Source: Alphaproteobacteria bacterium (lineage in GTDB: Bacteria; Pseudomonadota; Alphaproteobacteria; UBA2966). From it: 64,000 nt of DNA. Location of the stretch: the NCBI GenBank assembly GCA_018654745.1, contig JABILA010000094.1, forward strand, positions 19,237 through 83,236. The letters are read 5' to 3'. The notes under the pieces are model-generated. The model did not search any database. It worked only from the letters and a program-made list of their open reading frames with translations, and had not been told where the DNA came from. The translations under genes and the position numbers were made by a program. Positions 1-8,939 of the stretch are shown here, piece after piece (the stretch's first letter is position 1; every line of letters begins with the position of its first letter).

Positions 1-2
1 AG

Positions 3-407
3 ATGCGAATCGCATTTGAAAGTGACTTCGCACCGGACAAACTTGCAGATTTTCTCTCAAATTATCCTGAGGACATCTTTGGTTTAACTTATGACATCGG
101 CAACAGTGCCGCTTCCGGGTTTCGGCCATCGGACGAATTCGACGCCTATGGCGAGCGTATTATTCACGTTCACATCAAGGACAGGATCAAAGGTGGGAGC
201 ACAGTTCCGCCCGGTGAGGGGGATGCCTGTTTCGAAGACGTTTTCAGATTGCTTGCCGAAACGGATTATGACGGCGACTATATTCTCCAAACAGCCAGAG
301 CAGATGATGACGATCATGCTGGCGTGCTTAAAAAATACCGCGACATGGCCATTACCTGGCACGATAAGGCACGATCTGAGACCCTGGCGTCTGGCTCAGC
401 AATATGA
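3..407 (+). CDS. Sugar phosphate isomerase/epimerase (TIM barrel, AP-endonuclease-2 family), probably 5'-truncated by the window edge
   Basis: Metal-binding motifs IAFESD, TYDIGN, HVHIKD and VPPGEG; ATGA overlap with the next gene. Confidence 0.8.
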   Translation: MRIAFESDFAPDKLADFLSNYPEDIFGLTYDIGNSAASGFRPSDEFDAYGERIIHVHIKDRIKGGSTVPPGEGDACFEDVFRLLAETDYDGDYILQTARADDDDHAGVLKKYRDMAITWHDKARSETLASGSAI

Positions 408-1255
408 CTGTTCAGCCACATAAGCCTTTGCCAGCAGCATTTGACCTGAACGGCAAACATGCATTGATTACTGGCGGGGCGGGATTACTCGGCATTGAAC
501 ACGCCTGCGCACTTGTCGAAACGGGTGCCGTGATTGTTCTGACCGATCTTGACGAGAACCTTCTTGACCAGGCAGTGATAGAAATCCGGTCACGTTTTCC
601 TGAGAGTATTATCCATTCCTGGAAGATGGATGTAACAGATAAAGCATCCATCCTGTCTGTCAGCGAGAGATTGCGGGAATCTGATATCGATCTGGATATC
701 CTGATTAACAACGCAGCCATCGATAGCAAGGTAGATGAACACGGAAACATTGAGAATGGCGGCCGCTTTGAAGACTTTGAACTCGACGACTGGCAGGCCC
801 AGGTAGACGTTGGCCTGACCGGTGCATTTTTGTGTAGCCAGGTTTTTGGCCCTCCAATGGCGGTCCGGGAACAGGGTGTTATTCTGAACATTGCGTCGGA
901 TTTATCCGTTATCGCGCCGGATCAGCGAATTTATCGCCAGGAAGATTTGCCAGAGAATGAGCAACAAAAAAAGGCGGTAACTTATTCAGTGATAAAGACG
1001 GGTCTGCTCGGACTGACACGGTATCTGGCAGCTTACTGGGGCGAACAAGGTGTGCGCGTCAACGCCCTTTCTCCCGGAGGTATTCAAACCAGTCAATCGG
1101 ACGCATTTGTTACACGCCTGACAAATCTGATCCCTGCCGGACGAATGGCCCGGAAAAATGAATATGCCAGTGCGGTTCAATTTCTTTGCTCGGATGCCAG
1201 CCAGTTTATGACCGGTCAAAATATCGTCATGGATGGCGGGCGGTCGATCATATGA
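404..1255 (+). CDS. SDR-family oxidoreductase, PtmA (flagellin modification protein A)-like
   Basis: TGGAGLLG Rossmann motif, LINNAA, YSVIK catalytic YxxxK, VRVNALSPGG and C-terminal TGQNIVMDGG; the APDQRIY insert resembles SDRs of nonulosonic-acid clusters. Confidence 0.85.
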   Translation: MTVQPHKPLPAAFDLNGKHALITGGAGLLGIEHACALVETGAVIVLTDLDENLLDQAVIEIRSRFPESIIHSWKMDVTDKASILSVSERLRESDIDLDILINNAAIDSKVDEHGNIENGGRFEDFELDDWQAQVDVGLTGAFLCSQVFGPPMAVREQGVILNIASDLSVIAPDQRIYRQEDLPENEQQKKAVTYSVIKTGLLGLTRYLAAYWGEQGVRVNALSPGGIQTSQSDAFVTRLTNLIPAGRMARKNEYASAVQFLCSDASQFMTGQNIVMDGGRSII

Positions 1256-3264
1256 ACCAGGATATAAATACCTTCTTACATGAAGCAGTGAAATTCTGTG
1301 ACGCCAAAGACCTGGCCGGGGCCGAGAACGTATTGATCGAAGGGAAAAAATCGCACCCTGATTCTGTTGATCTCACCGCTGCGCTTGGGGACATCAGGCT
1401 CGCGCAAGGGCGCGCGAAAAAGGCTGCCAGCGACTATCAGGCAGCAATCGATTTGTCACCGGAAACCCCAAAGTTCCTCGTTGGCCTTGCCTCGGCGCTA
1501 CAGGCAGGAAATGACACCATAGGGGCCATCAATGCCCTGCAGAAGGCTGTTGCACTCGATATCAACAATCCGTTATTACACAACGATATTGGCCTTCTTC
1601 AACGACTGGTTGGGCAGAAAGAAGTTGCTGTCAAATCGATTGAACACGCCATTCAAATTTCACCGGAAAATGCCATTTTTCACTGCAACCTTGGCAGGGT
1701 CCTTTACGACACAGGAGACTTCAAATCAGCCAGGAAGGCAATTGAACGCGCCCTCGATATTGAACCAAATTCTATCGATGCCTTGATCAATCTTGGCTGT
1801 ATTCTTCGTGAAATGGATCAGGCGCTTGAAGCTGTTCTTGTTTTCCAAAAGGCGAACAGCATAGATCCTTCAATACCAGATGTGTGGTTAAACCTGGCTC
1901 TGGCCTTACGCGACTGTGGCAAACCGGAACGCGGCATCGAGGCTATATCTACCTTATTGAAACTCGATCCGACCAGTGTCGGGGGTTTTGCAAATCTGGG
2001 GCGATTACTGCAACAAGTATTCAGGTATCCTGAGGCGGAGATTGCGTTTCGCAGGGCACTGGAACTATTGCCAAACCAACCACAAATTATGGCAAATTTT
2101 GCATCATTGTTGATCGAGATGGACATCCTGGACGAGGCTGAAGCCTTGTGTATCAAGGCACTTCAAATCAACCCCGACCATGTTCCAGCCTTGTCAAACC
2201 TCGGGAATCTGACTTCCCAGAGAGGCGATCAGGCCCTTGCCATCAACCTTCATCGAAAAGCGCTGGAGATTGAGCCGGATAACGTCAAAGTTCATCGAAA
2301 TCTCGCTGATCCCTTGTTCATCTCAGGGCAAATTGATGAAGGATGGGTGGCCTATGCCTATCGTTGGAAGAGGCCTGGCCGTCCACGCCGCCCACATTCA
2401 CAACCTGAATGGATGGGAGAGAGCCTTTGCGGCAAAACATTGATTGTCTGGCCAGAGCAAGGGGTGGGAGATACCGTAATTTTTTCAACCTGTTTGCCGG
2501 ACGTTATCGCAGTTGCGGATAAAGTTATATTTGAGGTCGATCCCCGGTTTTTAAATCTATATCAGCGTTCTTTCCCTGAAATATCAGTTGTTCCCCGTAT
2601 TGATCCTCCACACCCGGCAACGAGAAATCCGGAAATCGACTTGCAATGCCCAGTCGGTGATTTGGGAAGATGGACGCGGAGTTCGGTTTCCGATTTCCCT
2701 GTGACTGAAAGTATTCTTCAGGCAGATCCTGACCGTGTCCTCTGGTGGCAGGATCAATTGGCCACAATGGGTACCAACAAATTCAAGGTTGGTTTTTATT
2801 GGCGAAGCAAGGGTGATGGCAACGCGAGCCATAGTGCTTACCCTACTCTGGATGATTGGGCAAAAATACTACGGCACCCGGACATCGATTTCATCAATCT
2901 GCAATACGGTGCTGATGCAGATGTCGCGACGCGAACCTTTAACGAAATGGGTATAACGCTGCACCAACCTCCCGAAATTGACTTGTTTAACGATATTGAC
3001 GACCTGGCTGCTCTATGTTCTGCCCTGGATGTATTCGTCGGCCCGACAACTTTGACAGGCTGGCTTACAGCTGCAGTAGGGACTCCGGCTCTTGTCGCTG
3101 GCTTACCCGGAGACTGGATTGTCCTGGGCATGGATAACTTGCCGTGGTTACCCAAGGCCAGGTATATTGCCCGGGCATCAAGGTCTGATTGGTCCAGTGC
3201 CTTTGACACCCTTGCCCGCGAACTTGAAACAATCGTCCGCCAGAAGGTTCAATTCGTTGCCTGA
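1252..3264 (+). CDS. TPR-repeat glycosyltransferase (GT-B/GT9-like C-terminus), FlmG/FlbA-like candidate flagellin glycosyltransferase
   Basis: Long N-terminal TPR array, then WMGESLCGKTLIVWPEQGVGD, VGFYWRS, FINLQYG and DIDDLAALCSALD. Start moved to ATG 1252, which overlaps the upstream stop (ATGA). Confidence 0.8.
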   Translation: MNQDINTFLHEAVKFCDAKDLAGAENVLIEGKKSHPDSVDLTAALGDIRLAQGRAKKAASDYQAAIDLSPETPKFLVGLASALQAGNDTIGAINALQKAVALDINNPLLHNDIGLLQRLVGQKEVAVKSIEHAIQISPENAIFHCNLGRVLYDTGDFKSARKAIERALDIEPNSIDALINLGCILREMDQALEAVLVFQKANSIDPSIPDVWLNLALALRDCGKPERGIEAISTLLKLDPTSVGGFANLGRLLQQVFRYPEAEIAFRRALELLPNQPQIMANFASLLIEMDILDEAEALCIKALQINPDHVPALSNLGNLTSQRGDQALAINLHRKALEIEPDNVKVHRNLADPLFISGQIDEGWVAYAYRWKRPGRPRRPHSQPEWMGESLCGKTLIVWPEQGVGDTVIFSTCLPDVIAVADKVIFEVDPRFLNLYQRSFPEISVVPRIDPPHPATRNPEIDLQCPVGDLGRWTRSSVSDFPVTESILQADPDRVLWWQDQLATMGTNKFKVGFYWRSKGDGNASHSAYPTLDDWAKILRHPDIDFINLQYGADADVATRTFNEMGITLHQPPEIDLFNDIDDLAALCSALDVFVGPTTLTGWLTAAVGTPALVAGLPGDWIVLGMDNLPWLPKARYIARASRSDWSSAFDTLARELETIVRQKVQFVA

Positions 3265-6019
3265 TACCGGTGAAATATTCCTGGCTGCCCAAAAACATCT
3301 CGAAGCAGGTCAATTGGCCGAAGCGGAAATCCTGTTCGAGAAAGTACTGAAGTTACAACCGGATCACCTCTCGGCCTGTCAAAACCTTGTGAATGTTCGA
3401 AACCAACTAGGCGATCAGCATTTATTAAACGGTCGACCTGAGATTGCCCTTATCTGCTATCAACAGGCTTCATTGCTGGATAAACAAAACCCTGGCATCT
3501 ACAACAATCAGGGGCGTGCTTTGCTCGCGCTTGGCCAAATTGGTGAGGGAATTGAACGCTTTAAGAGCGCGCTGGCAATCGATCCCGTCAACACAAATTT
3601 TCGATTTAATCTGGCCCTGGGACTTTCCGGCCTTGGTGATTTTGCTCAGTCAATTGGTCATTTCAGGAAAACACTAAGAGACAGGCCAGACTGGCCTGAA
3701 GCTATTTTCGGCCTGGCAACAGCCCTGAGTAGAACTGGCAATCATGATGAGGCCGTCATATTTTTTCGCCAGGGTCTCCATCTGCAACCTGAACACCCAG
3801 ACATACAAACAGAACTTGCGTCTTGCCTGATCGCAATAGATAAACAAGTCGAAGCGCTGTCAATATTGACCAATATTCTCAAAGCGCACCCCCGGAATCC
3901 GCAAGCACACTTCTTATCAGCAGGCTTGAGCTTTAGAGCTGGCCGCAACGAAGACGCTGTTATGCACAACAGGGTGTCGCTGGAAAATGGCGGTGATATT
4001 CCCGGAAACAGTGTCAATATGGCTAATGCGCTTACTGCTCTGCGCAAACCAGGCGAAGCGATTAAGGTCCTGCGAGAAGCGATCAAAAACATCCCTGCAA
4101 ATGGGGAAGTCTGGCTTGCCCTTGGCAACGTTTTCTCAAAGGACGATCAGCCCACCTTGGCAATTGATGCCTTTCGGAAATCCATCAAAGTTGATCCGAC
4201 CAATGCCCTGGCTGCCAACAACCTCTCCATGGCATTGCTTCAAAACGGTGACCCGGATAAAGCATTGAAACTGGCTTTGGAAAACAGCAATACATTCGCA
4301 GACGATGCTGTCACATGGGGCTGTCTGGGTGCAGTATTGTTGTCCCTTGAACAATTCGATCAGGCACTTGCTACGCTAGACAAATCCCTGAATTTGGAAC
4401 CCGATGTTGTCAGTGTCCTTCAGAACAAGGGCAAAACCCAGCATCGTCTCGGCCAATACAAACATTCGCTGCAAACTTATCGCCGGATTGCAGCTCTATC
4501 ACCTGACAATTCACGTTCACACTTTAATCTTGGCAACATCCTGCAAACACTCTTCCGTCATGGCGAGGCAATAGAAGCCTACAGACAGGTTTTAGAAATC
4601 GACGACACTGATACTTCCGCCTGGTCGCTTCTGGCGCATTCCCTGAACCAGGAATGTCGCTGGGAGGAACTGGAGGAGGTAAGGGCTAAGGTCATAGAGC
4701 AAACTCGAAAAGAAATAGATTCGGATACCAATATTACAACGTCCCCATTTAGTCTTTTGCAATTGTCCGCGCCCGGCGATGTACGTCTTGCTTCGGCACG
4801 TCAAAGCGCACGCGCAGCCGAAAAATTGAGTCTGAAACGCCGAACACAATCTCCCCTGATCTTGTCACCAAAAGAAGGGGACAAGTTGCGGATTGGCTAC
4901 ATATCTCCTGACTTCAGAAATCATAGTGCCGGGCGTGCTTTTCTTGAATTGATGAGGCACCACGACAAGAATAAAAATGTCTTTCATGGTTATTCCACAT
5001 CACTAATTCAGGACAATGTCACCACTGAACTGGCTGCAAATTTTCATACCTTCACCCAACTCGGGAACAAGCCATTTGCAGATTCAGCTCAAATTATTCA
5101 CGACGACGACATCGATATACTTGTTGATCTCGCAGGACATACCAAAGGGTCTCGCCTCGAGATACTCGCTGAGCGGCCAGCCCCTGTACAGGTACACTAT
5201 TTGGGATACGGTCATACAATCGGCGCGGACTATGTTGATTGGCTGCTTACAGACGAAATCCGTACACCGGCATCTGAAGTCGCTCACTGCCATGAAAACG
5301 TTGTCTATTTGCCCAATACCACACTGCCTGTTTACGTTCCCTCCCCCGCTTCCGGAAGTAATAATGAAATCCTCCGGCCGAGCAAACTCAGCGAAGGGTT
5401 ACCGGAGAACGGCTTTGTTTTCGCCAATTTCAACGGACACTACAAGTTTGATCAGGAAATTTTTTCTGCCTGGATGAAAATTCTTCGCGAAACCCCGAAT
5501 GCGATATTGTGGCTGATGCATGCTGAAGGTGGAAGTGTTGCAAACCTGAGCAAAGCTGCTGAGAATTCGGGCGTCGACCCGTCTCGCCTTGTTTTTGCTC
5601 AAAAATGCAGTAACCAACAACACCTTGCCAGGCTAGCTCTGGCAGATATTGCACTAGATACATTTCATCATGCTGGTGGCGTCACCACGACCGACGCTTT
5701 ATGGGCCGGCGTTCCGGTGTTGACTTTGTTGCAGGACGACATGATAGACAGGATGGGCGCTTCCTTACTGACCGCCGCCCACCTACCCGAACTAATTGCC
5801 ACTTCCGTTGACAACTATGTTGAACGTGCTCTGACATTGCAAAAAAATCGCGGGTCCCTGGATGAGCTCAAAACCAGATTAATATCCAGTTATAAGACCG
5901 CTCCACTATTTGATACTCCCAGGTTGGCAAAGGATATTGAGGTCGCCTATGAAGCCATATGGCATGCCCACATCAATGGAAACAAGCCAAAGATCTTGCG
6001 GCCCGACATCAAAAATTGA
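3257..6019 (+). CDS. TPR + GT41 (O-GlcNAc transferase/SPINDLY-like) protein O-glycosyltransferase, paralogue 1
   Basis: TPR array plus LRIGYISPDFRNHS, DILVDLAGHT, RPAPVQVHYLGY, FANFNGHYK and DALWAGVPVLT. The in-frame TTG at 3257 (LPDTGE) is preferred over the track start at 3092, which overlaps the upstream gene by ~170 bp; start uncertain. Confidence 0.85.
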   Translation: MPDTGEIFLAAQKHLEAGQLAEAEILFEKVLKLQPDHLSACQNLVNVRNQLGDQHLLNGRPEIALICYQQASLLDKQNPGIYNNQGRALLALGQIGEGIERFKSALAIDPVNTNFRFNLALGLSGLGDFAQSIGHFRKTLRDRPDWPEAIFGLATALSRTGNHDEAVIFFRQGLHLQPEHPDIQTELASCLIAIDKQVEALSILTNILKAHPRNPQAHFLSAGLSFRAGRNEDAVMHNRVSLENGGDIPGNSVNMANALTALRKPGEAIKVLREAIKNIPANGEVWLALGNVFSKDDQPTLAIDAFRKSIKVDPTNALAANNLSMALLQNGDPDKALKLALENSNTFADDAVTWGCLGAVLLSLEQFDQALATLDKSLNLEPDVVSVLQNKGKTQHRLGQYKHSLQTYRRIAALSPDNSRSHFNLGNILQTLFRHGEAIEAYRQVLEIDDTDTSAWSLLAHSLNQECRWEELEEVRAKVIEQTRKEIDSDTNITTSPFSLLQLSAPGDVRLASARQSARAAEKLSLKRRTQSPLILSPKEGDKLRIGYISPDFRNHSAGRAFLELMRHHDKNKNVFHGYSTSLIQDNVTTELAANFHTFTQLGNKPFADSAQIIHDDDIDILVDLAGHTKGSRLEILAERPAPVQVHYLGYGHTIGADYVDWLLTDEIRTPASEVAHCHENVVYLPNTTLPVYVPSPASGSNNEILRPSKLSEGLPENGFVFANFNGHYKFDQEIFSAWMKILRETPNAILWLMHAEGGSVANLSKAAENSGVDPSRLVFAQKCSNQQHLARLALADIALDTFHHAGGVTTTDALWAGVPVLTLLQDDMIDRMGASLLTAAHLPELIATSVDNYVERALTLQKNRGSLDELKTRLISSYKTAPLFDTPRLAKDIEVAYEAIWHAHINGNKPKILRPDIKN

Positions 6020-6125
6020 CTAGAGCGTTTCCGGGTTTCACGGAAACGCAGCGTTGCCTCAACCCCCTTGGTATGAGCCAATAAGCGAAGTAATATTGAT
6101 TCCGTTTAGACCGGAATCGCCCTAG
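6020..6125. repeat. ~105-bp CTAG-bounded palindromic intergenic repeat, copy 1 (CIR/BRU-RS/RIME-like)
   Basis: CTAGAGCGTTTCCG...CGGAAACGC left hairpin; GATTCCG...CGGAATC right hairpin with two GANTC sites; ends in CTAG; near-identical copy at 6174-6278. Confidence 0.85.
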
Positions 6126-6141
6126 CCTGGATTACAACGGC

Positions 6142-6158
6142 GAAACGATTTATTAACC
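6142..6158 (+). promoter_or_regulatory. CtrA-like site upstream of GT41 paralogue 2
   Basis: GAAA-CGATTTA-TTAACC; the 13-mer CGATTTATTAACC recurs exactly at 20396-20408 upstream of another GT41 gene. Confidence 0.45.
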
Positions 6159-6173
6159 CTGATTTCCTATATA

Positions 6174-6278
6174 CTAGAGCGTTTACGGGTTTGACGGAAA
6201 CGCAGCGTTGCCTCAAGCCCCTTGGTATGCGCCAATAGAATAAGCATAAGCGATTCCGTTTATCCGGAATCTCCCTAG
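6174..6278. repeat. ~105-bp CTAG-bounded palindromic intergenic repeat, copy 2
   Basis: Direct repeat of 6020-6125 (shared ACGGAAACGCAGCGTTGCCTCAA, CCCCTTGGTATG, GATTCCGTTTA, CCGGAATC, CCCTAG). Confidence 0.85.
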
Positions 6279-6284
6279 GAGGTT

Positions 6285-8939
6285 ATGATCGATCCACAAA
6301 GTTCCTTTCAGGAAGCGCTTGTCCATCATAAGGCTGCGCGCCTGAATGATGCGGCACGTCTGTATCTCGAAACAATCGAACATGACCCTGGACATACCGA
6401 TGCTATGTGCAACTTTGCAGCATTGCGGTCCACTCAAGGTGCGTTTGACGAAGCCGGACAATATTTTGAGATGGCTCTGGGACTGATACCCAATGACGCA
6501 GATATTCTGACAAATTATGCCAATATGCTGTCTCGTCAGGGGTTACGGGACAAGGCGGAAGCTCGTTACAGAAAAGCATTGGAAGTTGCCCCTTCCTCAA
6601 TTTCCAGCTGTCTGGGTCTGGGGCAACTCTTGCTCACGGAACGCAGGATAAGCGAGGCCGTCAGTACATTTCGCCAGGCTGTGGATATCAAGCAAGACAG
6701 TTCGGAAGCGTGGCGTCTATTGGCATCCGCACAGATAGAAGCTGGTCAGACAGCTGAGGCAGTTGCTTCATTAGGCAAATGTCTTGAACTTGACCCGAGG
6801 GACAGTTCGGCGGCCTTTTCATTTGGTATTTTGTTAAGAAACCAGGGTAACCTTGAACAAGCCATCGCGTTTTTTCAGCGCGCATTACAAAATAGCAACC
6901 ACACGACAGCATGTGTTATTGCCGCAAATCTGGCTGAAGTTCTGGGTGACACCGGTCAAAAAATCGAGGCTATCAAGGTTCTGAATGAAGTCCTGAAGCA
7001 CTTTCCGGATTTTACCGAGGGCTGGAATAACCTTGGCACACTCTATCTGGGCCTTGACCGTTTTGACGAAGCGACCGCTGCCTACAAAAAATGCCGTGCA
7101 TTGTCGCCAGACAACATGATAGTTGCCAATAACCTGGCCGCTGCTTTTTTGAAATCCGGGCATCCGGAAAAATCACTTGCCTTGTATCAAAAGAATTTGA
7201 CGACCTGGCCTGATCAGGCCGATACGTTATCGGGTCTCGGCAATGTGCTGGTGTCACTGGAGAGCTTCGATGACGCGATAGAAGCCTATACAAGCGCCAT
7301 CGAACTTTCACCTGAAAACCTCGATGCATTACACGGGCGGGCTGTCGCTAACCATCGACGTGCTTCGATGTTTGGAGGTACAGAATATTATAGTGCAGCA
7401 CTGAAGGACTATCACACGGTAGCCACGCTGGATCCCATGCACCTCCATGCTCATCAGAATATGGGCCTGCTGTTGCAGTTGCTGGATGAGCATGAAAAAG
7501 CGATCACGGCCTTTCGTCGCGTTTTACAAGCCGACCCCCGATACCTTGCAGCCTATTCTTCCATGGCTCATTCCCTGCAACATTGCTGTCAGTGGGAAAA
7601 CCTGGATGCCACCATCGACCGTGTTGTCGCTTTGACCCGCGAGGAGATGGATTCTGGCAATGATATAACTGCGTCACCATTTAACCTGCTGCAGTTGTCA
7701 GCGCCTGGTGACGTAAGACTTGCATCTGCAAAGCAGGTTGCAAACATGTACAAACGTATTGCCGGAACAGGTGACGGACTGAATTTTACCTACAAAAAAC
7801 CCTCAGACGGTAAATTGCGCATCGGTTACATGTCCCCGGATTTTCGTGGTCACAGCGTCGGCAGAGCCTTTGAAGAATTACTGGCCGCCCATGACCGCGA
7901 CAATTTTACACTTTATGGCTATTACACTGGCACCAATGATGATGAAGTTACGACTCGTTTGAGACGCGACTTTGACGTCTTTCGAGAACTGACCAACACC
8001 CCTTTTCGCGATGCTGCAAAAGTTATTAATGACGACGGCATTGATATCCTTGTCGATTTGGCAGGCCATACAAAGGGCTGCCGATTTGAAGTTCTGGCGT
8101 TGAGGCCAGCACCAATACAGGCGCACTTTCTCGGATACGGATTTACGACGGGTGCGGACTACATCGACTGGCTCATTACCGACAAAATCAAAACCCCTGA
8201 AGAAGAACGCCCCTGGGTCGAAGAAAACCTTGCCTGGCTCCCCAATCAGTGCTTGCCGGCGTCTCGCCCGATCATATCGACAGAAACGTTCACACGTGAA
8301 CAGTTTGGCCTGCCCCAGGATGCATTTGTTTTTGCGGACTTTAACAGTCACTTCAAAATTGACCCGGAAGTGTTCTCAGCCTGGATGAGAATTTTGCGCA
8401 AGGCACCAGACTCAATATTATGGCTCATCGACTTTCAGGGCCCCGGCAACGAAGCATTGAAACGCGAAGCCAGCGCCAGAGGCGTTGATCCCTCGCGTAT
8501 CATATTTGCCGACAAATATCCAAATGATGTACACCTCGCCCGTCTCGCTCTGGCAGACCTTGCACTGGACACATATCACCACGCTGGTGGTGTAACGACT
8601 ACAGATGCCTTGTGGGCCGGACTACCGGTTCTAACGATCATGCATGAAGGCATGGTTGACAGATTGGGTGGGTCCGTTCTGACTGCCGCCGGGTTACCAG
8701 AACTGATCGCGTCGTCACTCGACGATTATATGCGCAAGGCTTTGGCTTACTTTGAAGATCCCGATAGCCTGCAGCGGTTGAAGGTCAAGTTGAAAGACAA
8801 TCAGGCCACGGAACCCCTGTTCGATACACCTCGATTAACCCGGGATCTGGAAGCCATTTTCACGGAAATGTGGAATCGATATGAAGACGGTGCCGAGCCA
8901 GGCACCATCGAACTTGCCCCCGTTCCTGCTGATGGCTGA
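6285..8939 (+). CDS. TPR + GT41 (OGT/SPINDLY-like) protein O-glycosyltransferase, paralogue 2
   Basis: TPRs plus LRIGYMSPDFRGHS, DILVDLAGHT, FNSHFKIDP and DALWAGLPV; AGGAGG immediately upstream. Confidence 0.9.
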   Translation: MIDPQSSFQEALVHHKAARLNDAARLYLETIEHDPGHTDAMCNFAALRSTQGAFDEAGQYFEMALGLIPNDADILTNYANMLSRQGLRDKAEARYRKALEVAPSSISSCLGLGQLLLTERRISEAVSTFRQAVDIKQDSSEAWRLLASAQIEAGQTAEAVASLGKCLELDPRDSSAAFSFGILLRNQGNLEQAIAFFQRALQNSNHTTACVIAANLAEVLGDTGQKIEAIKVLNEVLKHFPDFTEGWNNLGTLYLGLDRFDEATAAYKKCRALSPDNMIVANNLAAAFLKSGHPEKSLALYQKNLTTWPDQADTLSGLGNVLVSLESFDDAIEAYTSAIELSPENLDALHGRAVANHRRASMFGGTEYYSAALKDYHTVATLDPMHLHAHQNMGLLLQLLDEHEKAITAFRRVLQADPRYLAAYSSMAHSLQHCCQWENLDATIDRVVALTREEMDSGNDITASPFNLLQLSAPGDVRLASAKQVANMYKRIAGTGDGLNFTYKKPSDGKLRIGYMSPDFRGHSVGRAFEELLAAHDRDNFTLYGYYTGTNDDEVTTRLRRDFDVFRELTNTPFRDAAKVINDDGIDILVDLAGHTKGCRFEVLALRPAPIQAHFLGYGFTTGADYIDWLITDKIKTPEEERPWVEENLAWLPNQCLPASRPIISTETFTREQFGLPQDAFVFADFNSHFKIDPEVFSAWMRILRKAPDSILWLIDFQGPGNEALKREASARGVDPSRIIFADKYPNDVHLARLALADLALDTYHHAGGVTTTDALWAGLPVLTIMHEGMVDRLGGSVLTAAGLPELIASSLDDYMRKALAYFEDPDSLQRLKVKLKDNQATEPLFDTPRLTRDLEAIFTEMWNRYEDGAEPGTIELAPVPADG

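Noticed and set aside
3092-3256. N-terminal extensions in the ORF track (also starts at 1186, 8881, 18810, 20185, 32194, 32871, 38157, 41380 and 56649)
   Set aside because: They overlap neighbouring genes or promoters; downstream starts fit paralogue N-termini, ribosome-binding sites or stop-start coupling.
6020-6278. Twin repeats as a mini-CRISPR, tRNA or riboswitch
   Set aside because: Only two ~105-bp copies, with no cloverleaf or recognisable aptamer; a palindromic intergenic repeat fits better.
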